Assembly: GCA_045628045.1 (NCBI GenBank)
Contig: JAZQOV010000003.1
Coordinates: forward strand, 32,001 to 96,000
Length of the DNA: 64,000 bases
Reading direction: 5' to 3'
Origin: Bacilli bacterium
GTDB taxonomy: Bacteria > Bacillota_I > Bacilli_A > RFN20 > CAG-826
The notes under the pieces are model-generated. The model searched no databases and was not told the DNA's origin. It worked only from the letters and a program-made list of their open reading frames with translations. The first letter of the stretch is position 1. The number at the start of each line of letters is the position of its first letter. This document shows, in pieces, positions 29,416 to 39,731 of this stretch. A program made the position numbers and the translations under genes.

Positions 29416-30668
29416 TTTCTTTCCTCCACGTAAACTTTAATTTCGTTACCATTTTTTATAAAAAGATCTTTTGAAACGTTAACAATTTCCATCTCACTAG
29501 GAACGATTGCTGGTTTAAAGATTTTCTTAATAATATTATTGCTTTTAGCAATAATTATATTAATATCTTTCATTGGTTTAGCGACTCTAAACTTGAAAGA
29601 ACAACTGTCTTTAACATCATCAATAAATAATTTTTGAGGAACAACATAGTTAATTCCTAATCCGGGATTAACATCATAAACGTGACCTGTGTGCTTGAGT
29701 TCGCCTTTGAGGTAACTAATCGCACCAACAGCCGCTTCTCTAGCTTCTTCTACTACGTAGTCGACTAAATCATGCACATGCAAAACGTTTCCGGCAGAGA
29801 AAATACCAGGAATATCTGTTTCCATTGCTTGATTAACTTTTGCTCCTCTAGTTTTTGAAAAACTAAGTGGTAATTTGTTAAATAAATCAACATTCGGAAG
29901 TAAACCAACTGACAAAAGTAAAGCATCACATTCAAATTCTATTTCGGTTCCTGGAATAAAATTCATTTTGTCATCTACTTTTGCGATAACAACCTTTTCA
30001 AGGTGAGAGTCTCCAATAACCTTCTTAACAGTGTGACTTAAATATAAAGGAATATTGAAGTCTTGAAGACATTGGACGATGTTTCTATTTAATCCTGCTG
30101 AATAAGGCATTAGCTCAGCTACACCAAGAACTTTTGCACCTTCAAGTGTCATTCTTCGTGCCATAATTAAGCCAATATCGCCTGATCCAAGTATGAATAC
30201 TTTTTTACCTACTAGATAACCATAACAATTGGCATAAAGTTGAGCTTGCCCAGCTGTATAAATACCAGATGGTCTATCACCTGGAATTTGAATAGCTCCA
30301 GCGTTTCTTTCATAACATCCAGTGGTAAGAATAATAGCGTCTGCTTTAACTTCCACTAAACCTTCTTCTCTATTAGAATAAGTAACGACTTTGTCGTCAC
30401 TTATTGATAAGACATTTGATTCAAGTTTGTATTCAATTTTTAACTCTTTTACTTTGTCCGAAAACCTGGTCATAAACTCAGGTCCTGTGAGTTCTTCTTT
30501 GAATTCATGTAGGCCAAAACCATTATGAATACATTGATTTAAGATTCCACCAAGGTAAGCGTTTTTCTCAATAATTAAAATATCTCGTTCACCGAGTTCA
30601 TAAGCCTTTATGGCTGCTGCCATTCCTGCGGAGCCACCACCGATAATAACTAAACGTTTATTTATCAT
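29412..30668 (-). CDS. NAD(P)/FAD-dependent oxidoreductase (Glp dehydrogenase partner)
   Basis: GGGSAG, GGILNQCIHNGFG, GSGDIGLIMARR and GNVLHVHDLVD. Confidence 0.88.
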   Translation of the reverse strand: MINKRLVIIGGGSAGMAAAIKAYELGERDILIIEKNAYLGGILNQCIHNGFGLHEFKEELTGPEFMTRFSDKVKELKIEYKLESNVLSISDDKVVTYSNREEGLVEVKADAIILTTGCYERNAGAIQIPGDRPSGIYTAGQAQLYANCYGYLVGKKVFILGSGDIGLIMARRMTLEGAKVLGVAELMPYSAGLNRNIVQCLQDFNIPLYLSHTVKKVIGDSHLEKVVIAKVDDKMNFIPGTEIEFECDALLLSVGLLPNVDLFNKLPLSFSKTRGAKVNQAMETDIPGIFSAGNVLHVHDLVDYVVEEAREAAVGAISYLKGELKHTGHVYDVNPGLGINYVVPQKLFIDDVKDSCSFKFRVAKPMKDINIIIAKSNNIIKKIFKPAIVPSEMEIVNVSKDLFIKNGNEIKVYVEERK

Positions 30669-32106
30669 CGTGTTCTCCTTTTATTTCATAAGGCATAACG
30701 AATGAACCAGTTTTTTGAAACATAACTTTGTTAAGTGGAATATTAAATTTCTCTGAAATTATTTTTGCAACAAGAGGTTGGCAGAATCCACCTTGGCATT
30801 TGCCAAATCCTGCTCTTGTACGTTTTTTAATAGCTTTAATTGTCTTTGGAGGAACACTAGTGTTCATCTCAAAAAGAATTTCACCTAAAGAAATCTTTTC
30901 ACAATTGCAAATTATTTGGCCATAATCAGGATTTGCTTTAATAAAAGCATTTCTTTTCTTTAAACTCATTTCGTGAATATTTGGACGTTTTTTAACGTAT
31001 GGATTGAAGTATGGATTTTCTTTTAAATCTATAACTTTTGATACAAATTCATCAACAACGTATTCTGCTATAGCAGGAGAGGAAACTAAACCTGGAGATT
31101 CAATTCCAGAAAGGTTAATGAAATGGTTATCGCTTTTAGCGAATCCAATAATAAAATCATGAGTACTTGGAGTTGGTCTAGTTCCAGCGAAAGTACGAAT
31201 AACTTGATTAAATGGTATCTGTGGTACCATTTCTAATGCTTGTCTCTTGATTGTATCAAGAGTAGGTTTATCTGTTGAAACATCATCTTTAGATGGCATG
31301 GCTTCAGCAGATGGACCCACAAGATAAGTTCCTCCAATGCTTGGAGAAACCAAAATTCCTTTCCCTTTTTCACTTGGAAGAGGGAATATTGTGTGTTTCA
31401 CAAGATCATCTGTGTAATGATCCAAAATGAAATATTCGCCTTTTCTAGGCGATAAAGAATAATCAATAGGCTCCACCATTTTGTGGATTTCATCTGAATA
31501 AATACCTGCTGCATTAATAATAATTTTTGTTTCGTAAGTATTTCCAGACTCACAAATAATGTTATAGAAACCGTTGTTTTTCTTAATAAAAACAACCTTC
31601 TCTTCTAAGAAGAGCTTAACTCCATTATCAACAGCGTTTTCTATAGCATGAACCGATAAAGTGAAGGGATTCACAATTCCTGCACTAGGTGCGAAAAGTG
31701 ATCCCTTCACATTAGGATTTAAATGTGGTTCAGTTTTTAAAGTTTCTGCGGCATTAAGTATTTTTACTTCAACACCGTTTTTAGCACTTCTTTCTGCTAA
31801 TTCCTTTAGTAAAGGAAGTTGTTCATCATAAAGTGCTACAGTCAAAGAACCAATACGTTTCATTTCAACATCAAGTTCTTCACAAAGCTTGTCCATCATT
31901 TTATTTCCTAAAACATTAAATTTTGCTTTAAGCGTTCCAGGAACAGGATCATAACCTGAGTGAATAATGGCAGAATTTGCCATAGTAGTGACGTTTCCAA
32001 CGTCAGGTTCTTTTTCTAAGACTGCTATTCGTAATTGGTAGCGTGAAAGTTTGCGCGCTACAAGCGAGCCAACAATGCCAGCCCCAATTACGATAACATC
32101 AAACAT
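30658..32106 (-). CDS. FAD-dependent oxidoreductase with BFD-like [2Fe-2S] domain (GlpA-like glycerol-3-phosphate dehydrogenase)
   Basis: GAGIVG, ANSAIIHSGYD, GIESPGL and CNCE...RAGFGKCQGGFC. Confidence 0.85.
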   Translation of the reverse strand: MFDVIVIGAGIVGSLVARKLSRYQLRIAVLEKEPDVGNVTTMANSAIIHSGYDPVPGTLKAKFNVLGNKMMDKLCEELDVEMKRIGSLTVALYDEQLPLLKELAERSAKNGVEVKILNAAETLKTEPHLNPNVKGSLFAPSAGIVNPFTLSVHAIENAVDNGVKLFLEEKVVFIKKNNGFYNIICESGNTYETKIIINAAGIYSDEIHKMVEPIDYSLSPRKGEYFILDHYTDDLVKHTIFPLPSEKGKGILVSPSIGGTYLVGPSAEAMPSKDDVSTDKPTLDTIKRQALEMVPQIPFNQVIRTFAGTRPTPSTHDFIIGFAKSDNHFINLSGIESPGLVSSPAIAEYVVDEFVSKVIDLKENPYFNPYVKKRPNIHEMSLKKRNAFIKANPDYGQIICNCEKISLGEILFEMNTSVPPKTIKAIKKRTRAGFGKCQGGFCQPLVAKIISEKFNIPLNKVMFQKTGSFVMPYEIKGEHDDK

Positions 32107-32122
32107 AAATGTTTAAATTAAA

Positions 32123-34288
32123 TTATTTTCTATGACCTTTTTTTGCAGGTTTCTTATTTTCGATTGGTTTTTCAATAAATCCTGCTGGTTTTTCAATGAA
32201 TTCTCTATGAGAAACTTTGACTTTACCATGGTCGTCAATTTCGCAGACGCGAACTTTTAAGACATCACCAACTTTGACTTTGTCACTTGCTTTTGCAACG
32301 TAACCCCAGTCAAGTCTTGAGACGTGACATAAACCTTCACAGCTACCAAATAATTTTACGAATGCACCATAGTCTTCGACTCTGGTGACTTCACCTTCGT
32401 AAACTTCACCAACTTTTGCTTCACGAACGATATTTTCAATCATTGATTTAGCTTTGTTGATCATTTCACGGTTCATGTGATAAATGACAACGTGTCCATC
32501 ATCATCGATATCGATTTGGACATTGTCACATTGAGCAATAATGTCATTAATGACTTTTCCGCCAGTACCAATAACTTCACGAATCTTGTCTACTGGAACT
32601 TGCATCTTATCAAGTTTTGGTGCAAACTCAGAAACATCTGCTCTTGGTTCAGCAATGGCTTTTGCCATAACTTCACGGATTTGAGCACGTGCTTTATTAG
32701 CTTGTTCTAATGCTTCAGCTAAAACTTCTCTTGTAACACCAGCGATTTTGATATCCATTTGAAGTGCGGTAATACCTTTTGCAGTACCTGCAACTTTGAA
32801 GTCCATATCACCGAAGTGGTCTTCAAGACCTTGAATATCGGTAAGGATTGTGTATGGATTCTTTCTTAAATCGCCATCAGAAATAAGACCCATAGCAATA
32901 CCAGAAACAATTCCTTTAATTGGAACGCCTGCTGCCATAAGTGACATACAACCTGCGCAAATTGATGCTTGTGATGATGAACCGTTTGATTCAACAACTT
33001 CAGCAACTGTACGAATTGTGTATGGGAATTCTTCTTCACTTGGAATAACTTGAGCTAATGCTCTTTCAACAAGAGCACCGTGACCAACTTCACGACGTGC
33101 TAAGACACCAATTTTTCCGGTTCCACCAACACACCATTGTGGGAAGTTATAGTGATGAATAAAGCGTTTTTCTGTTTCAGCTGTTAATTCATCTAAGACT
33201 TGTTTGTCGCTTAAAGGACCAAGTGTTGTAGCAGAAATGACTTGTGTTTGACCACGAGTGAACATGGCTGAACCATGGACTCTACGACCTAAAAGGTCGA
33301 CTTGTGCATCAAGTGGACGAACTTCGTCTGTCTTACGGCCATCTGGTCTGACTTTATCTTCGATAATAAGTCTTCTGACTTCTTTATGAACAAGGTCTTC
33401 TTGAATGTTATGAACTTGTTGAACAGTTTTTGCGTCTGCACCGTTTGCAACATATTCTTCTTCAATAGCCTTTTCAACTTTTTCAATATTTGCTTCTCTT
33501 TCGAGTTTGTCTTTTGTTGAGACAGCTTTGCGTAAATCTTTGTCTGCCTTTGCTTGGACTTCTTTGTATAAGTCTTCTGGCATGACTTTAAATTCAATGT
33601 TTTTGTTCTTTTCAACACCAATAGCTTTGATAATCTTCTTTTGGAATTTGCAAAGTTTCTTGACTGCTTCGTGACCAAACATTAAGGCATCAAGCATATC
33701 TTCTTCGCTAACTTCGTGAGCACCAGCTTCAACCATGTTGATAGCATCTTCGGTACCAGCGACACAAAGATCAATATCTGAAACTTTCTTTTGTTCTACT
33801 GTTGGGTTAATAACAAATTTACCATTAACTCTACCAACGTAGACACCTGCAATAGGACCATTAAATGGAACGTCTGAGATACATACACAAAGTGATGAAC
33901 CTAACATTGCAGTAATCTCTGGAGAATTATCGTAATCAGCAGCCATTACTTGTGAAACGACTTGAACTTCATTACGGAATCCTTCAGGGAAAAGTGGACG
34001 CATTGTACGGTCGGTAATTCTACTTGCAAGAATTGCATGGTAGCTTGGGCGACCTTCACGTCTTAAGAATCCGCCAGGAATTTTTCCTGCAGCGTACATT
34101 CTTTCTTGGTATTCAACTGAGAGTGGGAAGAAGTCCCAATCAACAGTGTGTTGTGACATTGTGACGTTACTTAAAACAACAGTGTCACCATAACGAACCA
34201 AGACTGCCGCTTTTGTTTGTTTACCGATTTCACCGGCTTCAACAACAATCTTACGGCCTTCGAAATTTAATTCGAATACATTTTTCAT
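32123..34288 (-). CDS. pnp: Polyribonucleotide nucleotidyltransferase
   Basis: GKIPGGFLRREGRP, FTRGQTQ, DHFGDMDFKVAGT, KH and S1 domains. MKNVF start at 34288 follows GGAG. Confidence 0.97.
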   Translation of the reverse strand: MKNVFELNFEGRKIVVEAGEIGKQTKAAVLVRYGDTVVLSNVTMSQHTVDWDFFPLSVEYQERMYAAGKIPGGFLRREGRPSYHAILASRITDRTMRPLFPEGFRNEVQVVSQVMAADYDNSPEITAMLGSSLCVCISDVPFNGPIAGVYVGRVNGKFVINPTVEQKKVSDIDLCVAGTEDAINMVEAGAHEVSEEDMLDALMFGHEAVKKLCKFQKKIIKAIGVEKNKNIEFKVMPEDLYKEVQAKADKDLRKAVSTKDKLEREANIEKVEKAIEEEYVANGADAKTVQQVHNIQEDLVHKEVRRLIIEDKVRPDGRKTDEVRPLDAQVDLLGRRVHGSAMFTRGQTQVISATTLGPLSDKQVLDELTAETEKRFIHHYNFPQWCVGGTGKIGVLARREVGHGALVERALAQVIPSEEEFPYTIRTVAEVVESNGSSSQASICAGCMSLMAAGVPIKGIVSGIAMGLISDGDLRKNPYTILTDIQGLEDHFGDMDFKVAGTAKGITALQMDIKIAGVTREVLAEALEQANKARAQIREVMAKAIAEPRADVSEFAPKLDKMQVPVDKIREVIGTGGKVINDIIAQCDNVQIDIDDDGHVVIYHMNREMINKAKSMIENIVREAKVGEVYEGEVTRVEDYGAFVKLFGSCEGLCHVSRLDWGYVAKASDKVKVGDVLKVRVCEIDDHGKVKVSHREFIEKPAGFIEKPIENKKPAKKGHRK

Positions 34289-34416
34289 TATGTTCTTTTT
34301 CTCCTTTAAATAAACTATAAGTATTTTATCATATAATGATAGGTTAGGTATAATACTTTTAAAGGTAAAAGAAAGGACCATTACATAGTAATGGTCCATC
34401 TTTATAAGTTAATAAC

Positions 34417-34683
34417 TTATTTACGGATTTTTAATTCACTTAAGAGTTTGACGTATGCATCTCTATCTTTCTTTGAAAGGTAGTTTAAGAATGCTTTACG
34501 TTGTCCAACTAAGATGAATAATCCACGTCTGCCAGAAGCATCTTTTTTGTTGTGTTTAAGATGTTCGCTAAGATCATTAATTTGTGCTGTAAGAAGAGCG
34601 ATTTGGACTTGGGCTGAACCTGTGTCTTTTTCGTTCTTGCCATACTTCTTAACAATTTCGGCAGTTCTTTCTTTGGATAACAT
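34417..34683 (-). CDS. rpsO: 30S ribosomal protein S15
   Basis: DTGSAQVQIALLT...HL..NKKD..GRRGL. Confidence 0.98.
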   Translation of the reverse strand: MLSKERTAEIVKKYGKNEKDTGSAQVQIALLTAQINDLSEHLKHNKKDASGRRGLFILVGQRKAFLNYLSKKDRDAYVKLLSELKIRK

Positions 34684-34699
34684 ATTTATCCCTCCTATA

Positions 34700-34765
34700 A
34701 TTAACTTCGCTTAATCCAGGTATAACGTCGGAGTGCTCGTTAAACTTAGAATAAGTTGCGAGTAA
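34700..34765 (-). ncRNA. Probable S15 autoregulatory leader
   Basis: Structured 5' UTR (TCGC...GCGA outer stem, TAACG...CACTCCGACGTTA inner element) directly upstream of rpsO. Confidence 0.55.
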
Positions 34766-34835
34766 TATTATAATGATTTCTTAAATCATTCGCAATATCA
34801 AAAATTGCGAAAGAAAAAGATGGACAATGTCCATC

Positions 34836-35345
34836 TTATTTTTTAACAACAATTTCTGGCATATAGAATTCACAATTGATAAATGGGAATAAATATAAGC
34901 CACAACCAATCGCTGATAAGATTCCGATTGGTGAAATTAGAATAATGCCGATTTTTGTGTTTGGAACGACCTCATCGAATGCGAGGAGAAACATAAATAT
35001 AACTAATGCAATTTCAATAACACCACTCGCAAATCCGGTAACAAGAAGACCTTTTCTTGGAGTAAGTCTTTCTTTGTTCATTATGAATGGGAACATTGAA
35101 TAAACAATGAAGATTGACATAATGAGAACTGCAAGTGCACAGAAGAATAATGCCATTCCAAGGAATGGTTTTTCTTGGAATCCAACAATTCTTACAAGTC
35201 CTTTAGACATTGGATCTGGATCACCAGCAAAGTGATAAAGGAAGATTGAAACAAGTGCATAAATTGCGGCAACTAATGAAACGATTGATGCTGCAATTGC
35301 TGTAGTTCTGAAATTACTTAGTTTTTTGATTAGTTTATTTAGCAT
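34836..35345 (-). CDS. Hypothetical 4-TM membrane protein
   Basis: Four hydrophobic segments; no recognised motif. Confidence 0.7.
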   Translation of the reverse strand: MLNKLIKKLSNFRTTAIAASIVSLVAAIYALVSIFLYHFAGDPDPMSKGLVRIVGFQEKPFLGMALFFCALAVLIMSIFIVYSMFPFIMNKERLTPRKGLLVTGFASGVIEIALVIFMFLLAFDEVVPNTKIGIILISPIGILSAIGCGLYLFPFINCEFYMPEIVVKK

Positions 35346-35421
35346 ATTTTTTCTCGATTCTTTTCGTGATTTACATTATATATTAAATTTTAAAAAATTC
35401 AATAAATCCACTAATAAAAAT

Positions 35422-36303
35422 TTACAATGTTTTGATGTCCTTCTCAATTTGAGCTTTTAATTCATCAAGAGAACTGAATTTTTTCTCTTCTCGAATGAAT
35501 TTTAGAAATTCAAGATTTATGACGTCAGCTTTAACTTCTCCAACATGATTTAGCAAGTGAATTTCGACAGTCGGTTCTTTTGATCCAACAGTTGGTTTTA
35601 TTCCAACATTCGTGATTGAAACATGAGGAATATTATCGATATAGCAAATCGTTTTATAAACACCAAATTTTGGCAAAACATAATCATCTGTTAATTTAAG
35701 ATTTATTGTCGGAAATCCAATGGTTCTTCCTATTTGTTTTCCACTTGTCATTGTTCCAACAAGTGTGTAATTATGACCTAAAAGGTCATTTGCATATTCT
35801 ATTTCACCATCTTGTATTTTTTCTGCAAGCTTTTGGGCAGAGATTTTCTCACCATTAAAATTCTCAATATCCACCACTTTTACATCAAAATAATCTTGAA
35901 GCGAATAAAGGGTTCCTGAAGCATTTTTTCCGTACCTAAAATCTTTCCCAACAAACACTTCTTTAACATTCATCTTCTTGAGCATTTCGATAAAATCCAT
36001 GTCACTCAAAGATGTAAATTCTTTGTCAATTTTTAAAACAAAATAGTAATCTACACCGAGTTTAGAAATGATTTTAAAACGGTCATCAAGAGAAGTTAAA
36101 ACTTCTTTCTTTTTACCATTATTTATTAATGTAGAAATTGGTTTATCAAAAGTTAATAAACCTAAAGTGTGTTTAGCGTTTTTTCTCGCATATTTGATAA
36201 GTTTTTGATGCCCAAGATGAACACCATCAAAATAACCGAGACAAATTGATAATGATTCAAACCTACTACAAGGTTTCTTATAATCCATCAAAATTGTTTT
36301 CAT
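35422..36303 (-). CDS. ribF: Bifunctional riboflavin kinase/FAD synthetase
   Basis: GYFDGVHLGHQ, GRTIGFPTIN and FIREEKKF. Confidence 0.95.
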   Translation of the reverse strand: MKTILMDYKKPCSRFESLSICLGYFDGVHLGHQKLIKYARKNAKHTLGLLTFDKPISTLINNGKKKEVLTSLDDRFKIISKLGVDYYFVLKIDKEFTSLSDMDFIEMLKKMNVKEVFVGKDFRYGKNASGTLYSLQDYFDVKVVDIENFNGEKISAQKLAEKIQDGEIEYANDLLGHNYTLVGTMTSGKQIGRTIGFPTINLKLTDDYVLPKFGVYKTICYIDNIPHVSITNVGIKPTVGSKEPTVEIHLLNHVGEVKADVINLEFLKFIREEKKFSSLDELKAQIEKDIKTL

Positions 36304-37145
36304 CTTAACCCTCTAACGCAAGAGTATACACCATTATCTTCTCTTTTATAAAGAGCTATGATGCCATCTTTGTCTTTTAACAAAATTTCTTTGTCTTCAA
36401 TTGGAAGTCTAAAATGCATTCCGTTCTTTGCTTTTTTAGCGAGTTCACCTTCGACTTCAAAAGATTTTAAATGAGCTAACATTTTTGAGATTGGAATTAA
36501 ATCTTTTTCACTTACTTCTGAACTACGTTTTGCATTTTCTAATGAGTAAGGTCCAACCTCAAGTCGAGTTAACTTTGTAAGATGACCAACTGTACCTAAT
36601 TTTTCAGCGATATCTTCACCTAAAGTTCTAATGTAAGTCCCTTTAGAAACTTTTGCAATAAAAGTGATTTCATCTTTCTCAAAATTCACTAAATCAATAT
36701 TATAAATATTGATATGTCTTTCTTTTCTTTCAATTTCTTTGCCTTCTCTAGCGTATTTATAAAGCTCTTTTCCATTCACTTTTAACGCTGAAAACATTGG
36801 AGGTATTTGAACTTGTTCTCCCAGAAAAGTTTTTAAAGTTTTAACGATATTTTCTTTTGTTAAAACTGGTATTTCTTTTGACTCAATTACTTTACCAGTT
36901 AAATCACCAGTATCAGTTTTCTCACCAAGTTTTAATGTAGCGAGATATTTTTTGTCCATAACTTCTAAAAATGGAGCAATCTTTGTAGAGGAACCAAGTA
37001 GAACCACTAAAAGTCCATCTGCAAATGGATCGAGTGTCCCAATATGGCCTGCTTTCTTTTCGTTAAGTCTACGTGAAACATTATTAACCTCTTGTCTAGA
37101 AGTTAACCCTACTTCTTTATTAATTAATAAACTACCGCTAATCAT
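36300..37145 (-). CDS. truB: tRNA pseudouridine(55) synthase
   Basis: GHIGTLDPFADG, QIPPMFSALK and VSKGTYIRTL. Confidence 0.96.
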   Translation of the reverse strand: MISGSLLINKEVGLTSRQEVNNVSRRLNEKKAGHIGTLDPFADGLLVVLLGSSTKIAPFLEVMDKKYLATLKLGEKTDTGDLTGKVIESKEIPVLTKENIVKTLKTFLGEQVQIPPMFSALKVNGKELYKYAREGKEIERKERHINIYNIDLVNFEKDEITFIAKVSKGTYIRTLGEDIAEKLGTVGHLTKLTRLEVGPYSLENAKRSSEVSEKDLIPISKMLAHLKSFEVEGELAKKAKNGMHFRLPIEDKEILLKDKDGIIALYKREDNGVYSCVRGLR

Positions 37146-37169
37146 TAACTTATATTATAATATAACTCA
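37146..37169. promoter_or_regulatory. Bidirectional -10 element serving divergent truB and ttcA
   Basis: Perfect palindrome TTATATTATAATATAA (37150-37165) gives TATAAT on both strands, each 8 nt from an ATG. Confidence 0.6.
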
Positions 37170-38201
37170 ATGAAATCTTTACGAACAATTTTAGGATTAA
37201 TAAGAAAAGCTGATCAAAAATATGATTTTTTCCACGAAAATGACAATGTTTTAATTGGTATTTCAGGTGGAAAAGATTCTATGGTGCTTTTAAAGGCACT
37301 TTCTCAATATCAGCATTTCGATTGTGTTAATTTTAAAATTGTTCCAGTAATTTTAGATCTAGGTTTTGAAGGTTTTGACTCAAAACCAATTAAAGATTAT
37401 GTTAAATCTCTTGGTTTAGAGTTAAAAGTAGTTGATTCAAAAGAAGTTTATCAAATACTTAAAACTCAACAAAAAGATGCGCCACATCTTCCATGTTCAA
37501 TTTGCTCAAGAATGAAAAAAGCCGCTATAAATAAAGCAGCTAAAGAACTAGGATGCAACAAAGTTGCATTTGCTCACCATGGTGATGACGCAGTCGAAAC
37601 CTTAATGATGAATGAAATCTTTGGCGGTCGTATTGCATCTTTCCAACCAAAGATGCATCTAGACAGAGCCGATATTGAATTCATCCGCCCACTTATTTTG
37701 GTTCACGAAGAAGAAATCATTCGTTGCCAAAAAGAAGAAAAAATTCCTTCATTTCCATCACATTGTCCAAACGACGGAAACACTATGCGCGCAGAAATGA
37801 AATCTTTATTAAAAGGAATATACAAAAAATATCCATCCGCTAAAGATAATTTCTTCTCAATGCTTGATAATTATGATAAAGAAATTCTTTTTTACAACGA
37901 TATTTTCTATAAAATAGAAAGAAAAGATATTTCATTCAAACCTGTCATTTCCGCAAGCGATTCTAGAGTTGAAACAAGCTTAAGACTCTCTCTTAAATGT
38001 ATGAACCTTAAAGATGATGTTTTACGATACGTTATTTATAAATTAGATAAGCCAATTGGAGTTATTTCATTTATTAAAGAAGAAGTTCCTTACATTAATG
38101 ATCTTTATTTAATAAAAGAACACAAAAAAGAAAAAGAAGTAATTGAATCATTTATTGCAAATAACATCAAATACTTCGATTCTCCGTTTTATCCAAATTA
38201 A
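37170..38201 (+). CDS. ttcA: tRNA 2-thiocytidine biosynthesis TtcA-family protein
   Basis: SGGKDS PP-loop, CSICSRM, HHGDD and FIRPL. Confidence 0.85.
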   Translation: MKSLRTILGLIRKADQKYDFFHENDNVLIGISGGKDSMVLLKALSQYQHFDCVNFKIVPVILDLGFEGFDSKPIKDYVKSLGLELKVVDSKEVYQILKTQQKDAPHLPCSICSRMKKAAINKAAKELGCNKVAFAHHGDDAVETLMMNEIFGGRIASFQPKMHLDRADIEFIRPLILVHEEEIIRCQKEEKIPSFPSHCPNDGNTMRAEMKSLLKGIYKKYPSAKDNFFSMLDNYDKEILFYNDIFYKIERKDISFKPVISASDSRVETSLRLSLKCMNLKDDVLRYVIYKLDKPIGVISFIKEEVPYINDLYLIKEHKKEKEVIESFIANNIKYFDSPFYPN

Positions 38202-38230
38202 TTATTTTTATATTAAATACTTATTCGATT

Positions 38231-39370
38231 TTAAAATGATCTTGGACCGTATTTACGAATATCAATTTTAACTACATTCTCTTTACCATAGAAATTTGCC
38301 ATTTTTTTAATGAATTTTCTTACTAATGATTTTGGCACAGCACAAATAATGGAACCAGCGAATCCGCCTCCATTAATCTTACATGCCCCTTTATCATTTA
38401 AAATTTCCATTGCTCTATCACAAGCTTCAAGAGGAGATCCATGATAATGTCCTTCAACCATCATATTTTTAAGATAAGTTGTTGAGGAAATTCTTGAATT
38501 ATTAATTTGCTCCAAAAAAGTTTTCTTGTCATTCACTTTGAGAGCTTTTATTGCTTTTAGAACTCTTTCATTTTCAGAATAAAAATGAATCGATCGTTCT
38601 TTTTCAATTTGAGTTAAACCCGGAGTTTGTTCTAATTTTTCCAAATTTGACTCCCTTAAAAAACTAACACCCATTTTCTTTGCTGCAGACTTCATATCAA
38701 CAGGAATTTGAGAATATAATTTATTCATTGAAGAATGATCACCGCCAGTATTTACCCCGACAAAGCATAAGTCCATGAATGGAAAATCAATATTTTCAAC
38801 CTTTGGATTTTCAATATTTTCAAAATCAATTCTAACAACATTGCCAAAAGCAACACCAATTTGGTCCAAAAGACCACTCGCTTTTCCGTAATAATTATTT
38901 TCAGAATATTGACCAGCTTTTGCTAAAATAATTTTATCAATTTCCCCATTATTAAATAATTCATTAAAAATTTGACCTATTAGTAATTCAAATGCTGCAG
39001 ATGAACTAACTCCTGCTCCTGGAAAAATTGTAGATGAAAGAATGGCGTTAAAACCACCAATTTTCAATCCATTATCAACAAAAAATTTAGCAACGCCTTT
39101 AATCATTGCAGCGGATTTATCATCTTTCGGATTATAATCTAAAGTTGATAAATCAACTTTAAACTCTGAGAATCCAATTGATTTTACATTAATAAAATTA
39201 TCTTCTCTTTTAGAAAGTGCACAAGTGATAGCAAGACTTGCTGTCGCCGCTAAGCACAAACCATGATTATGATCTGTATGATTTCCTAAAATTTCAAATC
39301 TTCCACCACAATCAAAATTAAACTCTGGCTTACTATTAAAAGTTTGTTTGAAAATTCTATTAAGATTCAT
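38231..39370 (-). CDS. galK: Galactokinase family protein
   Basis: GRFEILGNHTDHN, GAGVSSSAA, GLLDQ and GGGFAG. Confidence 0.85.
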   Translation of the reverse strand: MNLNRIFKQTFNSKPEFNFDCGGRFEILGNHTDHNHGLCLAATASLAITCALSKREDNFINVKSIGFSEFKVDLSTLDYNPKDDKSAAMIKGVAKFFVDNGLKIGGFNAILSSTIFPGAGVSSSAAFELLIGQIFNELFNNGEIDKIILAKAGQYSENNYYGKASGLLDQIGVAFGNVVRIDFENIENPKVENIDFPFMDLCFVGVNTGGDHSSMNKLYSQIPVDMKSAAKKMGVSFLRESNLEKLEQTPGLTQIEKERSIHFYSENERVLKAIKALKVNDKKTFLEQINNSRISSTTYLKNMMVEGHYHGSPLEACDRAMEILNDKGACKINGGGFAGSIICAVPKSLVRKFIKKMANFYGKENVVKIDIRKYGPRSF

Positions 39371-39371
39371 A

Positions 39372-39731
39372 TTATTTATTCTTCATTAAATTAATTTGTT
39401 CTTGCTCTTTCCTTAAAATTTCGTCCAATCGATTTACTTTTTCATAAGTCTCATCTAGATAAAAAGTAATCTCAGGAGTTTTTCTTATATCAATTTTCTT
39501 AGCAAGTGAGCTTCTAACGTAACCTTTACATTTATTAAGTTCCTCAAGGTTTTGTTTTGGAAACTTGCTTCCTAAAAAAGTTACATAAACTTTAGCATAG
39601 CTAAAATCTGTGCTAACAGAGACTTCACTCACTGTGCAGAAACCAATTTTTGGATTTCTAAGTTCAAATTGAATAATCTCAGAAATATTCTTTCCAATGA
39701 TTGATTGAATTCTTTGGGTGCGATCCGCCAT
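39372..39731 (-). CDS. rbfA: 30S ribosome-binding factor RbfA
   Basis: DFSYAKVYV and RKTPEITF.LD. Confidence 0.95.
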   Translation of the reverse strand: MADRTQRIQSIIGKNISEIIQFELRNPKIGFCTVSEVSVSTDFSYAKVYVTFLGSKFPKQNLEELNKCKGYVRSSLAKKIDIRKTPEITFYLDETYEKVNRLDEILRKEQEQINLMKNK

